Shown here one piece after another: positions 29,235 through 44,998 of a DNA stretch of 64,000 nucleotides; positions within the stretch are counted from its first letter, which is position 1, and the number at the start of each line of letters is the position of its first letter. Origin of the DNA: Eledone cirrhosa. Lineage: Eukaryota. Location: assembly GCA_964016885.1 (NCBI GenBank), contig OZ024740.1, positions 42,346,001 to 42,410,000 on the forward strand. Direction: 5' to 3'. The notes beneath the pieces are model-generated. The model made no database searches. It was not told the DNA's origin and saw only the letters and a program-made list of their open reading frames with translations. Made by a program: the position numbers and the translations under genes.

Positions 29235-30370
29235 ATACGATATAGTAAATCAAATTTATATATATAACATTTGACTCTCCGATGGTCGATAATTACTTTT
29301 GAACGCGCTGCAAGAAAGTTTTCCCACGAATTTGTAGATATTTCATGAATTTTATCACATTTGAAAAATGTGCCACTGACAACACTTCGTTGAAAAAAAT
29401 TTCCTTGTGATATTGTGATTTCAAAGATGTTTATTTGATCAAACATTAACTTCAAATGTTTGGTTAGATCGTTTTAAATTGGTGTCGAAATAATCTAAAT
29501 GTAAAAAAAAAGATAATAATAATAAAATAAAAACAAAACAAAAAAATATATATTTATCTCCACACTCATATAATGTGAGATAATATTGAAAATATTCGAC
29601 TCGGCCAAAAAAGGTAAATTTCATCCAAACACTCAACAAATTATTTAATGACAGAACATTGATTAACAATATTGTTATATTTGGGGAGGCTCATGTTGTT
29701 CTGATATTGCCGGAAACATACAGTAGAACACACTCACTGTTTGATTTGGTTTTCACTTCAGTATATCTTTATATTTCTATAAATAATTTAGCTAGCAATC
29801 AACGTTTATCATTGATTGACCAACAGTTAGAAATATAAATATAAATATAGTTTCTCAGAGTTCTTTCGTCACACATATCTGTGACATCACCAGTAATTAT
29901 CATGTTGTACATATAATACAGTCCCGTGTACACTGAATTCTGAAATTGTCTTTTTTTCAAAGCACAAGCAGATACACAATTATTTACTTTAGTTACAATT
30001 TTAATCACGTCTTCAAGTTTCTTAAAGCCAGCTTTTGCTCACAAAGTCTCCAGCGTGGATGACCAGCGTGTTTTGCAGAGGAATATGCAGGGTAGTATGC
30101 TCAGGTAGCTAGATAACCAGTGCTTTGCTTATTACATCACCTCTAGAATATCAAACAATAACCTACCAGATATTGTAACGTGGAGTTTCTCATCTGAAAG
30201 AATGGAGAGGAATATACATGAACCGATATCATTTGTTAGCCGTTCTGATAGCGTTGTTTTCAACTTTCGTCTTCCATCTTTTACAGTGTTGATACTTCCT
30301 TGTAAATCACTAAATAACTTTGAGGACGTTTTCCTTTCATAGAAAAACATGAAAAAAAGGAAAGGAATAC
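29235..30370 (-). pseudogene. Decayed hAT (Buster/GTF2IRD2-like) transposase
   Basis: FLSILSDE (compare FSIxLDE) and IH..L*AK..LEDVIKIVTKVNNCVSACALKKRQF (compare CxIH..L.AK..V..VN.I.A..LN.RQF). Confidence 0.6.
29683..29900 (+). repeat. Unclassified ~220 bp interspersed repeat, copy 1
   Basis: GGGAGG..ATATTGCC..AGAACACACTCACTGTTTG..GGTTTTC shared with 33680-33920; interrupts the hAT remnant. Confidence 0.6.
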
Positions 30371-30374
30371 GTTT

Positions 30375-30562
30375 TAGCTGGATTGGCAGTATCGGTAGAG
30401 AGTCGGACCCCATGCTTTCCAGTATAGTTACGTCTCTTTACGGTCTGAGTTCAAATCCCGCCGAGGTTAACTTTGCCTTTCATCCTTATGGGGTCGATAA
30501 AATAAAGCACCAGTAATGTACTGGGTAATTGCTGGCCTTGTGCCAAAAGTAGAAACAATTAT
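30375..30562 (+). mobile_element. SINE, near full length
   Basis: A/B boxes, Meta core, tail. Confidence 0.88.
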
Positions 30563-31778
30563 TTACTATACAACTCGTCATTGAGTGGTTTCAAAACTAG
30601 TAGCAACAAAAAGGCAACTAGATTACATGAACTTCATCAGCACATTTGACTATTTTTGTTGCTTATTTCTTGCGAAATATTTATTTCTTTTTTCTCATTC
30701 ACTTTTATAACAAAACCAACTATGCACAATTTTGTAATACTATTTACAAAGAAAGTCCTACACACCAGTATTTAGGGACATAAGCAGCGTAATGCTTTAT
30801 CATTGTTTTTGATATGGCCAAACATTTCATTCCATATTCCGGAGTTTCTTTATTATGTCTTTCTTCCTTTTGCCGTTTGTATTCCTTTGCTGGTTTAGAT
30901 AATATTAGGAAAAAGCCGAAGGGGTAAATAAAATGTTTAAATAATCTCGCCCAAGTATATCATAATTGCACATGCTCCTTTACATATTCTAAAAGTATCA
31001 ATTTGCCACAACTAACTCCGAGTGACAGTACAAAGTAGTATGAGACCAGGACAAATTTCGTAATTTTTATGGTGTACATAAACATTAATCAATACTTGGT
31101 AGAGAATTAGTCCCGATAACACAATACATAAAATAAAAATGAACACAATAATAAATATAACAATATAAGAGTATTTTAACAGTAATTTAACTCAATATTC
31201 TTTTGTAAAATAATAGCATAGTTAATGAAAAAAACATTTATTGGTATAATTCACTGTGCACCAAACTGACTTTTCAAAAGCTGAAGATATTATAATAGAG
31301 AGACAAACAATAGATAAGGGAAATGAAATTCTATTGGTAAATTATGACATCCGATGTTTATGGAAAATAATAATTAAGCCAATTCATGACAGATAATAGC
31401 CTACACGATAAAGTAAATGTTAAGGTAAACATAATTACGTAAAGAAAAAAGAGAAAGAGAGATAAAAAGAGAGAAAGAAAGAGAGATTGAGAAAGAGGTA
31501 GAGAGGGGTCAGAGAAGGAGGGAGGCTACCAAAGAAAAAATCGTATTAGAGAATGCACCTACAAAACCGGAAGAGGGAAAAGACAAAAAGACACAGGGAT
31601 AAAGGGGTAGAGTTCAATGAAGAGAAGAGAGAGAGACGCGAGCAAGCTAGATAAAGAAAGAGAACATAGGAAATTAGTGAGACAGATAATATACCTATAT
31701 CTGTATCTATCTATCACTCGTTGTCTTTCTCTCTTTGTCTCTCTCTCTTTCTATATATATATATGTAGTATTATCCTT

Positions 31779-31975
31779 AGGGCGGTGCAATGGCAGTATC
31801 GGCAGAGGGTCGGACGCTATGTTTTGCAGCATCGAGTTACGGGATTTTACGGTCTCAGTTCAAATCCCGCTGAGGTTAACTTTGTCTTTCAACCCTATGG
31901 GGTCGATAAAATAAAGCACCAGTAATGCACTGGGGTAATTGTTGGCCTTGTGCCAAAAGTGGAAACAATTATTAT
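31779..31975 (+). mobile_element. SINE, full length
   Basis: A/B boxes, Meta core, tail. Confidence 0.88.
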
Positions 31976-32299
31976 CCCTAATACCTAGGTTTTACTACAT
32001 CCTATTTAGTACATTTCATGAGGCATTTAGACTTTTCACACCTACCTAAAGAATTCAGTAATATTCAAAACAATCTCATTTTCTTAATTCCTTCTCCACT
32101 CTAGCCTACTCTTAATCTCTACCCTCTCTTTTTCTGTCCTCTTTATACCTTTTCTACTCTCTCGACCATATATGGTAAACATCAAGACAAGACCTTCACC
32201 CATACCAATGGTCAAAGAATAATTGTTCCAGATCACAACACACAAATTGATAATGTGAAACTGTTTAACCCCACGCCCTCTACTCTCTACTATCACACT

Positions 32300-32887
32300 T
32301 GGCTTGGATGCTGCAGGCATCCAGGCTTCCCCTCCCAGCTCGAGCCGGTGGGGCTGGACCGAAGGGACGGCAAAAGGCCAGACGGTATGACCATCTTCCC
32401 GTCCGCGGTGGTAAACCCCTCGTCTGGGAAGCCACTTGCAGCGACACATTCTCCAGTCGCAACCTGGTGCAGTCTCCACTAACCTAGGTTCTGCTGCACT
32501 TCGGGCTGAGGAGGGTAAACTCTTAAGTATCGGTCGCTCTCCGACATGTTTGCAGTCGAGTCCCTTGCAGTGGAGACTTCTGGTGCCCTTGGCCCTAGGG
32601 CTACCTCCCTACTTACCACCATAGGCGCTGAGCTGGCTAGCCGCAGGTGTGGGCCTCCGAGATGGAATGGCTTTTCCAGCGCATCTCACTTACCACCCAC
32701 TGTGGAAACGCCTTCTCCATTCTGTCCCTTGGAGTCGTTGAGCGGCGAGCACATGGGACCCCATTTGCTCATAATACAGAGAGATGTGTAGTGCGAGAGA
32801 GATGGAGGCGATGAAAGTGGGAGTTCGGTCGGCTCTAGTCTGTTCGGACATGGTGTGCAGCGTCAGTTGTTCGTAAGGAGGTAGTGA

Positions 32888-32890
<3 letters not shown>
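32300..32890 (+). mobile_element. 5'-truncated CRE-clade LINE (RLE domain + 3' UTR) ending in (TA)n
   Basis: LEPVGLDRRDGKRPDGMTIFP..GKPLVWEATCSDT..LAVETSGALG, the CRE-type nuclease signature. Confidence 0.8.
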
Positions 32891-32986
<96 letters not shown>

Positions 32987-33615
32987 ATGTGTGTGTGTGT
33001 GTGTATATATAATTATACTTTAAACTTGGGCTACTTTTCTGCATAAAAACCATGACACTCTCCATCTTTGGTGTTAAATTACCCCCAAAATTCGATGCCT
33101 AATCACGTTATCTCCCTCAACCTACCACATTGCACTTCATGGAACCAATTCCTTTGTTCACACTTTGAATTTAGCCGCCAATACACGCGGTTATTTCCCC
33201 TTGCTGGGGAAAAAGCTCTTGATAGTGAAGCATTGACCGCTACTATTTATAGTAGCCTACTGCTTCATTTCACACCGGTTCGATGCACAGAACGGAAACC
33301 TGTTGATAACATGGTTCCACACTTCGATCATCAAATACCACAAACTTGCATACTGCGCAAGTATGATTGTTGATTTTGGATTTCATAGAAACCTATCGGA
33401 GGTACTGCACAGTACCTTCTGAGATGGTGCAAGTTTGTTATCTAACCTGAAAGTTTTTTCGTTGCTTTTGATGTTGTGGCCAGGCTTGCTTGCCGCAGTT
33501 ACAGATTTGCCTTGCTATCTAACGTATGTTATTATCGAGTGCTTTATTGCATATTCCTAACTGTATATCGTTAGCTAAGCCGCAGACGAAACTTCGATTT
33601 TACTAAACTTCCATT

Positions 33616-33672
<57 letters not shown>

Positions 33673-33679
33673 ATACTTG

Positions 33680-33920
33680 GGGAGGGTCATATTTGTGTAA
33701 TATTGCCAGAATTAATAACAGAACACACTCACTGTTTGGTTGGTTTTCGCTTCTCGCTGTCTTTTATATCTGCGATCTAACTTACTCGGTCCTCAATGTT
33801 GCCATTGACTGACCGACGGTCAAAAATAATACAGTTACAATATAGACACAATCACATATATATAGTTTACATAATTTACATAAATCTTTCGTTGCACATC
33901 TGCAACATCGTCAGTGGTGT
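33680..33920 (+). repeat. Unclassified ~220 bp interspersed repeat, copy 2
   Basis: Similar to 29683-29900. Confidence 0.6.
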
Positions 33921-33924
33921 TATA

Positions 33925-36900
33925 TTTTTTCCTCCTTTTGTGTTGTATGTCTACGCCATTTTTTATTCAGTCTGTCTATATATTTATTTATTTATTTGCT
34001 TGTTTGTTTATTTTATTTTGTCTTCTTTGCGCATGCGTTTGCGTGTGTGTATAGTGTTATGTTTGCTGTGTGACTAGTGTGTATGGTGTTGTGTTTGCTG
34101 GGTGACTAGTGTGTGTTTATGTGCTTGTTGTTACTGTGCTTGTGTATGTATTTATTTATCTTATTTTATTTTATTTTATTTACTTATTTATACTTCTCTT
34201 AGGTCAGTGTTGTTTGTTTGGGTGTTGTTGTTGTTCCACTCATTCTTTCTGTTTAGCTTTGGTCTTCTAATTTCTATTTTACTGGCCTCTCTGATTTGCC
34301 TATCTGCTGGGTCATTCCTATGTTTAGATATTATTCTAATTTCTATGTTGTCTATGTTACCGTCATGTTGTTGTCTAGCATGTTCGTATAGTACTGACCC
34401 GTTTATTCGTCCTTTTAGTTCCCCCAGTGTTAGTCTATCCTTTCACCTATGCTACGAGCTGTCTCACCTATGTATGTTGTTGTTATGTTTCTGCAAGTAC
34501 CCTCTGTACATCTTATGCTATAGACTACGTTTCTAGTTTTACAGTTTATCCGGGGGTTCACCTTACATATGATACATTTCCTATTGGTATAGTGGGTTTT
34601 CTTAAAAGGGTAGGTTTTGCTGATCAGGGATTTTATGGTGGTTCCTGGCTTTTCTACCACCTTTATTTTTAAGTGGGTCTTTCTCAGGGCCTTTCTACAC
34701 TGGTTAGCTAATTTCCCTCCAGGGGTGGCGTCCACAAACATGACACTCTGATATCTCTGGTTGTCGTACCATGATGTGGCCTTCCCTATCTTATGTCTAG
34801 CCCTATCTAAGTTATTCCATGATTTGCTCCTGTATAATGGGCAAATTCCTTTCATGTCCAGTTCTATGAGGGTCTTATACTTTTCCATGGCTCCTTCGTA
34901 TACACTGACTCTGTCTCTTTGGTTGTAGCCAGAGAACTGCATGCGGTTGATGAAGTGTTGGATGTGTCTTTCCATTTCTGTTGGGTCGCACATGCTGGAC
35001 ACATTCTTCATCACTCGTACCAAATCTGCGATCAGAATATTAAACTTAGCACTACTGGACATTGCTGAGTTTTTTAGTATCTGGTATTTGGAGGCCATGG
35101 GTTTAGCATAGTGTGAGTGAAGAATTTGGGCTCTCTCGTCTATAGTGTTAATCCAGAGTTCTGTGTCTAATACAGCTAGTCTATTGTTCGGGTGTTTGGA
35201 AGGGAAGTCGATAGTTACAGTTATACTCTGGTGTATGGAATTAGCTATCTGCTGGATGCTTTCCATCGTGCTACGTTCTAAATCAAACTTGTTAGTGCTC
35301 TCTAGTGGGGGTATTCTTATAACTATATTGATATCGTCTACATAACGAGAGTACATGATGAGGTCTATGGAGCTTTCATTAAGGAGATCTTTAAGTCTCC
35401 TTTCCCACCATACCATGAAAAGGTTGGCAACATCACCAGCTATGCTGACGCCGATGGCTGCTCCCTCATTTTGGGTGTAGATTTTCTCATTGAACTTAAA
35501 TATGTGGCCCTTTAGGGTAGTTTTGATACTAGCCCCTATTGCATGTGCGACCATTTTTCTTACCTGATCATTGTTTTGGGGGGTCCGTATAGCTTTGGTC
35601 CACCCAATCCACCTTCCCATGGGAGTCTTTTTTGCCATTGAGGTTATGGTGGGGGTCTACCTCTTATAGGTCTACTAGGGCAGAAACATCTAAGGTCATG
35701 GCTGTCTAGGTAGTCAGTGTCGTAGGTAAGTCTAAGTAGGAGGCCCAGTTCGTCTGTGTCGACGTCGCATAACTCCACCTCACTCTCAATGATCATCTCC
35801 ACACATCTTTTCACAGCAAAATCAATGTTAATGGATGGGTACAGTGACACCACATCCATGCTGCCTATTATGCAGTTGGATAGGCTCCTGTTTTTGTTGC
35901 ACTCACTGATTCTGCTGAGGAGGCCCTCTGTACTTTCACATACATCTGGGGACATCTTGATTATGGGGCGTATATCCATTGAGAGGAAGTAGGAGATCCT
36001 GTAGTTGCTAGCTATATTAGCTCCGCATACGGGTCTTGTTGGTGGTCCTGTTGTCGGGTCGTCGACTGTCTTGTGGTCTTTGCGGAGCCCATACAAGGGT
36101 GGTATGCTATTGTTAGACGCCTGGAAGTTGTTGGCAGTGCGTCTGCTTGGCTTTAGGATGTCAGTCCACATCATCATGTGAGCGTTGAGGATTTTTTCTC
36201 TCCCATCGTCTGTTTCTTGTGCAACTTCGCTCGTGTTGGTGATGTGGGGATGCATAGCCTCGATGTAGTTCGGCATGCTATCTATTGACATCCTACCAGA
36301 CTTATCTGTGGGTAGACACACTACCTCACCATCCCTTGTGCGCTGCTTGAGGCTAACCAAGCCTTCTACAGGTTTCCTCCCAAGTTGTTGGGCCTCTGGT
36401 CTGCTCTGTCTCTTAGTATACCTGTCTACTACTTGTCTAATCTTATTTCTAGCTATGGTGAACTGTGCCTCTGTCTCGTCATCTATTTGTTGTGGTATGC
36501 AAACTCTTTTATTAAAGGTTAACCTCGTAGGATAGATATTACCCGTCTTATATGTTTTGTCAGCTGGGTTGAAAAATAGTTTCTCTAAGGGGTTGTCATT
36601 ATCTATCGTCATAGTTGTGTGTGTTGCTATTGTTGTTATCAGGGTGGTTGTTGTTGTTTCTATCATTAGCATTATTATTATTGTTATGATTGCTAGATGT
36701 ATTGTTGTTTACTTCACCGTTATTGTTGTTGTTGTTACTGTTATTTCTACCATTGTGGTTGTTACTATTATTATGTTTCTTGTTTTTGTTGATGTTGCTA
36801 CATGTACTATTTCCATTATTACCACTGTGGTTATTGTTGTTGTTGTTCGTATTGTTACCGTTACTACTACTGTGGTCGCTGTTGCTGTGTCTGTGGTTAA

Positions 36901-37305
36901 TGTTTCTATTATTATTATTATTGTGGTTGTTGTTGTTCTGTCTATCGCTAGTATTATTACCATTATCACTATTTCTCACTTTCCTGCCATTGTTATGGTT
37001 ATGGCTGTTATTTCTATACCCAGAGTTATTGTTTATATTACTACTACCGTTATTATTGTTGTTGTTGTTTACCTTTGCATTCCAACGTATTTTTGTGAAA
37101 CACTTTTCCACCTACGTTTTGCACTCCATAGGGTTAATCTTTTTGTATTCTCAAAAATACCCAGATAACATCGACAATATCCGTATGACTGATGTAAAAC
37201 TACCGGAAGAATTTACCAATGACCACACAGTAAATATCTATGGGAACACTTTAATCAGTGAACAAGAACAACAAATCCTACGGTTACCACCAAAATTTGC
37301 ACTAC
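33925..37305 (-). mobile_element. Near-complete Penelope-like retroelement (RT + C-terminal GIY-YIG), disrupted
   Basis: PTDKSG, LRKDHK..RPVCGA, SMDVVSLYPSI, YSRYVDD, NVVYSIRC..YIGETAR; nuclease continues past a stop (RQIREA..LNRKNEW) to ~34200; frameshift at ~35645. Confidence 0.9.
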
Positions 37306-37488
37306 CTACGCATGATTGGGTCTACTCCACCCCCTCCCCTTTTTCTCCTACTGGCAGGTTTAGCCACCATCTCCCCTACTAATTTGCAATCACAGAATTA
37401 CTACTGACTCTTGACAATCACTTTGACCATATATGGAATTACCCCTTGAGAAGCTCGGCTATTTAAATACCAGGACAAATTTTCATTT

Positions 37489-37626
37489 AGTCCAGAATTA
37501 GCCGTCGAAACGGCTTGAGCTCAGCCGTCGGGGTCTTACTGGTTCCTATTACCCACTCTACTACCCTAAGTATTGAATACTTTGGTGCGTTATGGTCCAC
37601 CTGGTTCCTTACCACATTTCCTTCGT
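37489..37626 (+). mobile_element. Second copy of the pLTR-like repeat at 4799-4935
   Basis: Near-identical sequence ending in (TA)n. Confidence 0.7.
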
Positions 37627-37649
37627 TATATATATATATATATATATAT

Positions 37650-38248
37650 GTAAATATCTATAAGTCGTTTGGAAGCCTCGACAATGCAAATGGGTAAATC
37701 TCCGGGTAACAAGGTCCGGTGGTGGAGAGAGAGATGTAAGTAGGTGTACGTTGAGATGCGTGGTGTGTATAAGATGTGTGAGATGTGTAGAATGGAGGGA
37801 ATAGTAAAAGGATAAAAATAAAAATAACAACACAAGAGAGAGTTACCTTGGGAGAGATTTAATAGTCCCTATATATTTCGGATTCACATCCATCAACTGG
37901 GGTTTTTTACCGGGGTGGGGGAAAAGGTTGTCTGTCGGACAAGTCCGGAAGGCGTCTTTCGCTGTTTGCTAATTTTCCCCCACCCCGGAAAAAAACCCCA
38001 GTTGATGGATGTGAATCCGAAATATATAGGGACTATTAAATCTCTCCCAAGGTAACTCTCTCTTGTGTTGTTATTTTTATTTTTATCCTTTTACTCTTCC
38101 CTCCATTCTACACATCTCACACATCTTATACACACCACGCATCTCAACGTACACCCACTTACATCTCTCTGTCCACCACGGGACCTTGTTACCCGGTGAT
38201 TTACCCATTTGCATTGTCGAGGCTTCCAAACGACTTATAGATATTTAC
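37650..38248. repeat. Long inverted repeat (~275 bp arms, ~45 bp spacer), Penelope-pLTR-like
   Basis: 37650-37926 is the inverse of 37972-38248; flanked by (TA)n; degenerate hammerhead-like motif at ~37996-38032. Confidence 0.88.
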
Positions 38249-38287
38249 TTATTGTTCCACAATGCTTCAAGCAAACTTCAATACTCT

Positions 38288-39280
<993 letters not shown>

Positions 39281-40084
39281 TGTTTATTTTTCCTTTCCTT
39301 CTTCCTTTTCCAGCCTCACTTTCATATAGATTATATTTTTGTTTTTAAAATCCAATGTCAATAAATACACCAGGATTTTTTCATTCTGATGATTGAAAGC
39401 AAAATTTGTTTGCTTTCAAGAAAACACTGGTAGATGAAATAATTGTTTCTTACATAACTATTAAGCTCTGTAACCTACATAGAGCACTCTTTTTTCCTGG
39501 ACCTTTCCGACAGAATTACTTCATATATATATATATAGGCGAAATACCAGAGTAAGAAGATTTACTATTTAGCTTTAGTAAAATGAATATCTATGTATAT
39601 GTATACTGCAGATTCTATATATACATGTATATATATATAGAATCTGAAACACCACTAATCATGGGAGTACTCAATGCATGGGGAATTGCAGAGTGGGTAT
39701 AGAGATAGGTTGTTTCGGCTTGTGTGTTCAGCAAGACTTTCGAGGGTGTAGTAATATTTGCTGGGGGTGTAAAAATAGATCACCTGTCTTGGTAGTACTC
39801 TACGCAGTGTTCCTACTTGGATCAAGCCGCACCCTTTACTCCTACTCAAACACTTACCAGGCACAACTAGCCACCTCACGTTATGTCTGTGTGCGTATAC
39901 ATTATGGTTGCGCATAACTATATCATTTTTGCATATGCATACATTATTATAGACATATAGATAGACCTTACTCAATTCCCCACTCACACTTAACAACAAC
40001 ACTGATATACTGGTCAGTCCATACACAAACAAATCACAGAATACAGAACTAATTTCTGTTGATCTAACTTTCCAGTTAGATCTA

Positions 40085-40460
40085 ACTTTCCAGTCAGAAC
40101 TGGAGAGTAATACTGATAATTCGTATTTCAATGATAACACTCCATGAAACATAATGGTACTTTGACGGATCCTGATACATTGCAATGTCAAAATTCATAA
40201 ACGATTCCTATCTGGTTCACAATATAACAAAGACGGTTAATATATTTATGATTCTTAGGAGGTGTATCACTATGGACAAGAATATTATAGTTGGGTCCTG
40301 CAAAACGTTCTGTCTAGCAAATTTGTGTTCTTCTAGTGGTGTAGTTGGATGTCAGAAGTTCAAAGAAAAATTCTACAAATATCTGCTCAAGCTGTTTCCC
40401 TCATCGGCTGATTGATACTCCAGTGCCTTGACTCTAAGAAGCTGTGTGGCGATTCCTTTA
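40085..40460 (+). pseudogene. Possible decayed CR1-type LINE 3' end
   Basis: KFKEKFYKYL-like stretch and GACTCTAAGAAGCTGTGTGGC terminal motif; heavily degraded. Confidence 0.3.
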
Positions 40461-40519
40461 TATTAAAATGTAAGACTGCTTTCGTGTTAGAACGATATGA
40501 ACCCACATCGACATATTTG

Positions 40520-41021
40520 ATTTCTTAGATAATATCATTTCTGATTTAGATACAACGAGAACAATTTGAAGAGAAGGGAAAAGTTGACCCGATACCAGTG
40601 CGTTAATGATGCTTTATTTTATCGAACCCGTAATGGTAAATCTAGCCTGGTGGGATTTGAACTCAGAAGATAAAAGGACGTTACTATATGCTGCAAAGCA
40701 TGCTTCCCGACGCTCTACCGATACTGCCAATCCACCGCCTTACTGTAAGTTGTTTAATTGAAGTGATTGTTGGAGGCAGTGGCAGTTTTGTCTTATTTAG
40801 GTAGACATTTTTAGTTACATATATATATATATATATATTGGATATGGGTAGAGGGTCGGACGCCATGCTTTGTAGTATAGAGTTACGGTCATTTATGATC
40901 TGAGTTCAAATCCCGCCGAGGTTAACTTTGCCTTTCATCCTTACGGGGGTCGATAAAATAAAGTGCCAGTAATGTACTGGGTAATTACTGGCCTTGTGCC
41001 AATAATAGAAACAATTATTAT
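40520..41021. mobile_element. Two SINEs, head-to-head (minus 40520-40740, plus 40845-41021)
   Basis: Meta cores, B boxes and tails on opposite strands. Confidence 0.82.
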
Positions 41022-41436
41022 AAGATTGTTTATAAGACTCTGCTGGTGTAACGATGTAAAACTATAGAGCACTAAATCTATATATAACTGTTCTATATGC
41101 TCGGTTAATATCACTTTAATATTTCACAACAATTGAAATAATTACCAGATATTTCACCCTACTGAAGATCGATTAAATCAATCAACCGCTCTCTGGAAAA
41201 TATCTGGCTTGATGCCAGGTAATAACTTGAAAACTAGTTAACAAACGTGAGGTAGGTATAAAGTACGTACTGCCGATTCTGCAGATAAACCAATCTGTAT
41301 AATGAGAAAGAAGCACACACAGCCATACGTGCATATACATTTACACACACACGTGCATTCAGATTTTGATGCAGGCGGTAAACAAAGAAACAGAGAGAGT
41401 CACAGAAGGAAAGGGAAACATTGAGAATGCTAGAGA

Positions 41437-41498
<62 letters not shown>

Positions 41499-41678
41499 GA
41501 GAGGATTGTGGTATATAAAAAATAATGGAAAATTTCACCAAGTTTGTGCAATAAGATAAAAAACATGGAGGTAGAAGTGTTAACCAGAGAGTGGTAGGAC
41601 GGCAGTTTCAGGAATAAAGAGAGAATGAGAATGAGAAATACACGGATATATCTGCCTGTCTGTTTCTCTCCCTCTCTT

Positions 41679-41770
<92 letters not shown>

Positions 41771-41776
<6 letters not shown>

Positions 41777-42823
41777 TAACAGATTAAAGTTTAAGCAAAG
41801 AATCGCTGCTTTCACCCTTAACGGAATCTTCTGAAACTAAAAGAAATCAATCTGTGGACGCAGAAGTAAATATTTCGAAAAACGTTGCAGCCGAAGGAAA
41901 ACAGGCTGAAGATACTTTGGTTCGCGAAGACGTTCCCTGGCAAAGAACGGAACAAATGCAAAGATAATACGTCGTAATGTGGGGCGGTGAGAACAAATAC
42001 ACGCAAAAACAAAAAAAACAAAACCACGTTTATGGTATAAATGGAGTCATTAGATTAACTAGCAGTAAAACCACCCCTCGGGTGGTTTTCTGCTAGCATG
42101 TGTAATATGCATATTAATATTATACGCAATTATATATACATGTAGATATGATACATCAAATAAAATCGTAATTGACAATATACACAGAAATTGAACGCTG
42201 TCTGCGTTACACTGTCTTATGTAATCAGTAACGATATCCATGATACATTAAAAAAAAAAAGATATCATATATAAACTGCATTAGGAGAAAATTAGTACCG
42301 GAAATATATGAATATTCATTTAAGCGATCGCTAATCGGAAGTGTTGACATTTGAAAATTTTAAAGAAGTGAATCTTAAAATAAGCAACAATATTATTTAT
42401 ATTTAATCAGAATAACGAAAGTTAGTAGATAAATTATGTATTATTCATTCATTATTCAAAGTAATCCAACTTATTTTACAAACGGGATAAAAAAACTATA
42501 TTCTGGACGCAGTCCCGCACTCCTTACTTTATTATAATTTAGATATTCTATTTAGGAAACCGAATGATTCTCAGCTCCGGAGTTTAAGAATAATGTAAAT
42601 ACATTTGTTGAACGAAAATGACAGAGGTTATTAAAATCGTGCCGTTCATTGCCAGGGAACATCTTCACGAACCAAAGTATCGTCATCCTGTTTTCCTTCG
42701 GCTGCAACATTTTTCGAAATATTTATTCTGCCTCCACAGATTGATTGTTTTTAGTTTCAGAAGATCCCGTTAAGGGTGAAAGCAGCGATTCTTTGCTTAA
42801 ACTTTAATCTGTTATTTTAATAA
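41771..42823 (-). mobile_element. Penelope-like pLTR element (same family as 15775-16240) with terminal inverted arms
   Basis: 41771-41960 is the inverse of 42640-42823; CAGAAGA-tccc gttaa gggt-GAAA at 42758-42781. Confidence 0.75.
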
Positions 42824-42919
42824 ATATTTGCTCTATGGTTTTATATATTTATATATATATATATTTTCCTTATCGAGCCCTTTTCGGATTTTAGTCTTCA
42901 CATTTATTATTATCATTAA

Positions 42920-44870
<1,951 letters not shown>

Positions 44871-44890
44871 AATAATAATAACAATAATAA

Positions 44891-44988
44891 TTGTTTCTAC
44901 TATTGGCACAAGGCCATCAATTTTCAGTATATTACTGGTACTTTATTTTATCGACCCCGTAAAGATGAAAGGCAAAGTTAACCTTGGC
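44891..44988 (-). mobile_element. 5'-truncated SINE inserted in (TAA)n
   Basis: Tail and Meta core; TAA repeats on both sides. Confidence 0.85.
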
Positions 44989-44998
44989 TAATAATAAT

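Noticed and set aside
36557-37382. Hydrophobic V/L/I-rich ORFs suggesting a membrane protein
   Set aside because: Antisense reading of the Asn-rich PLE tract
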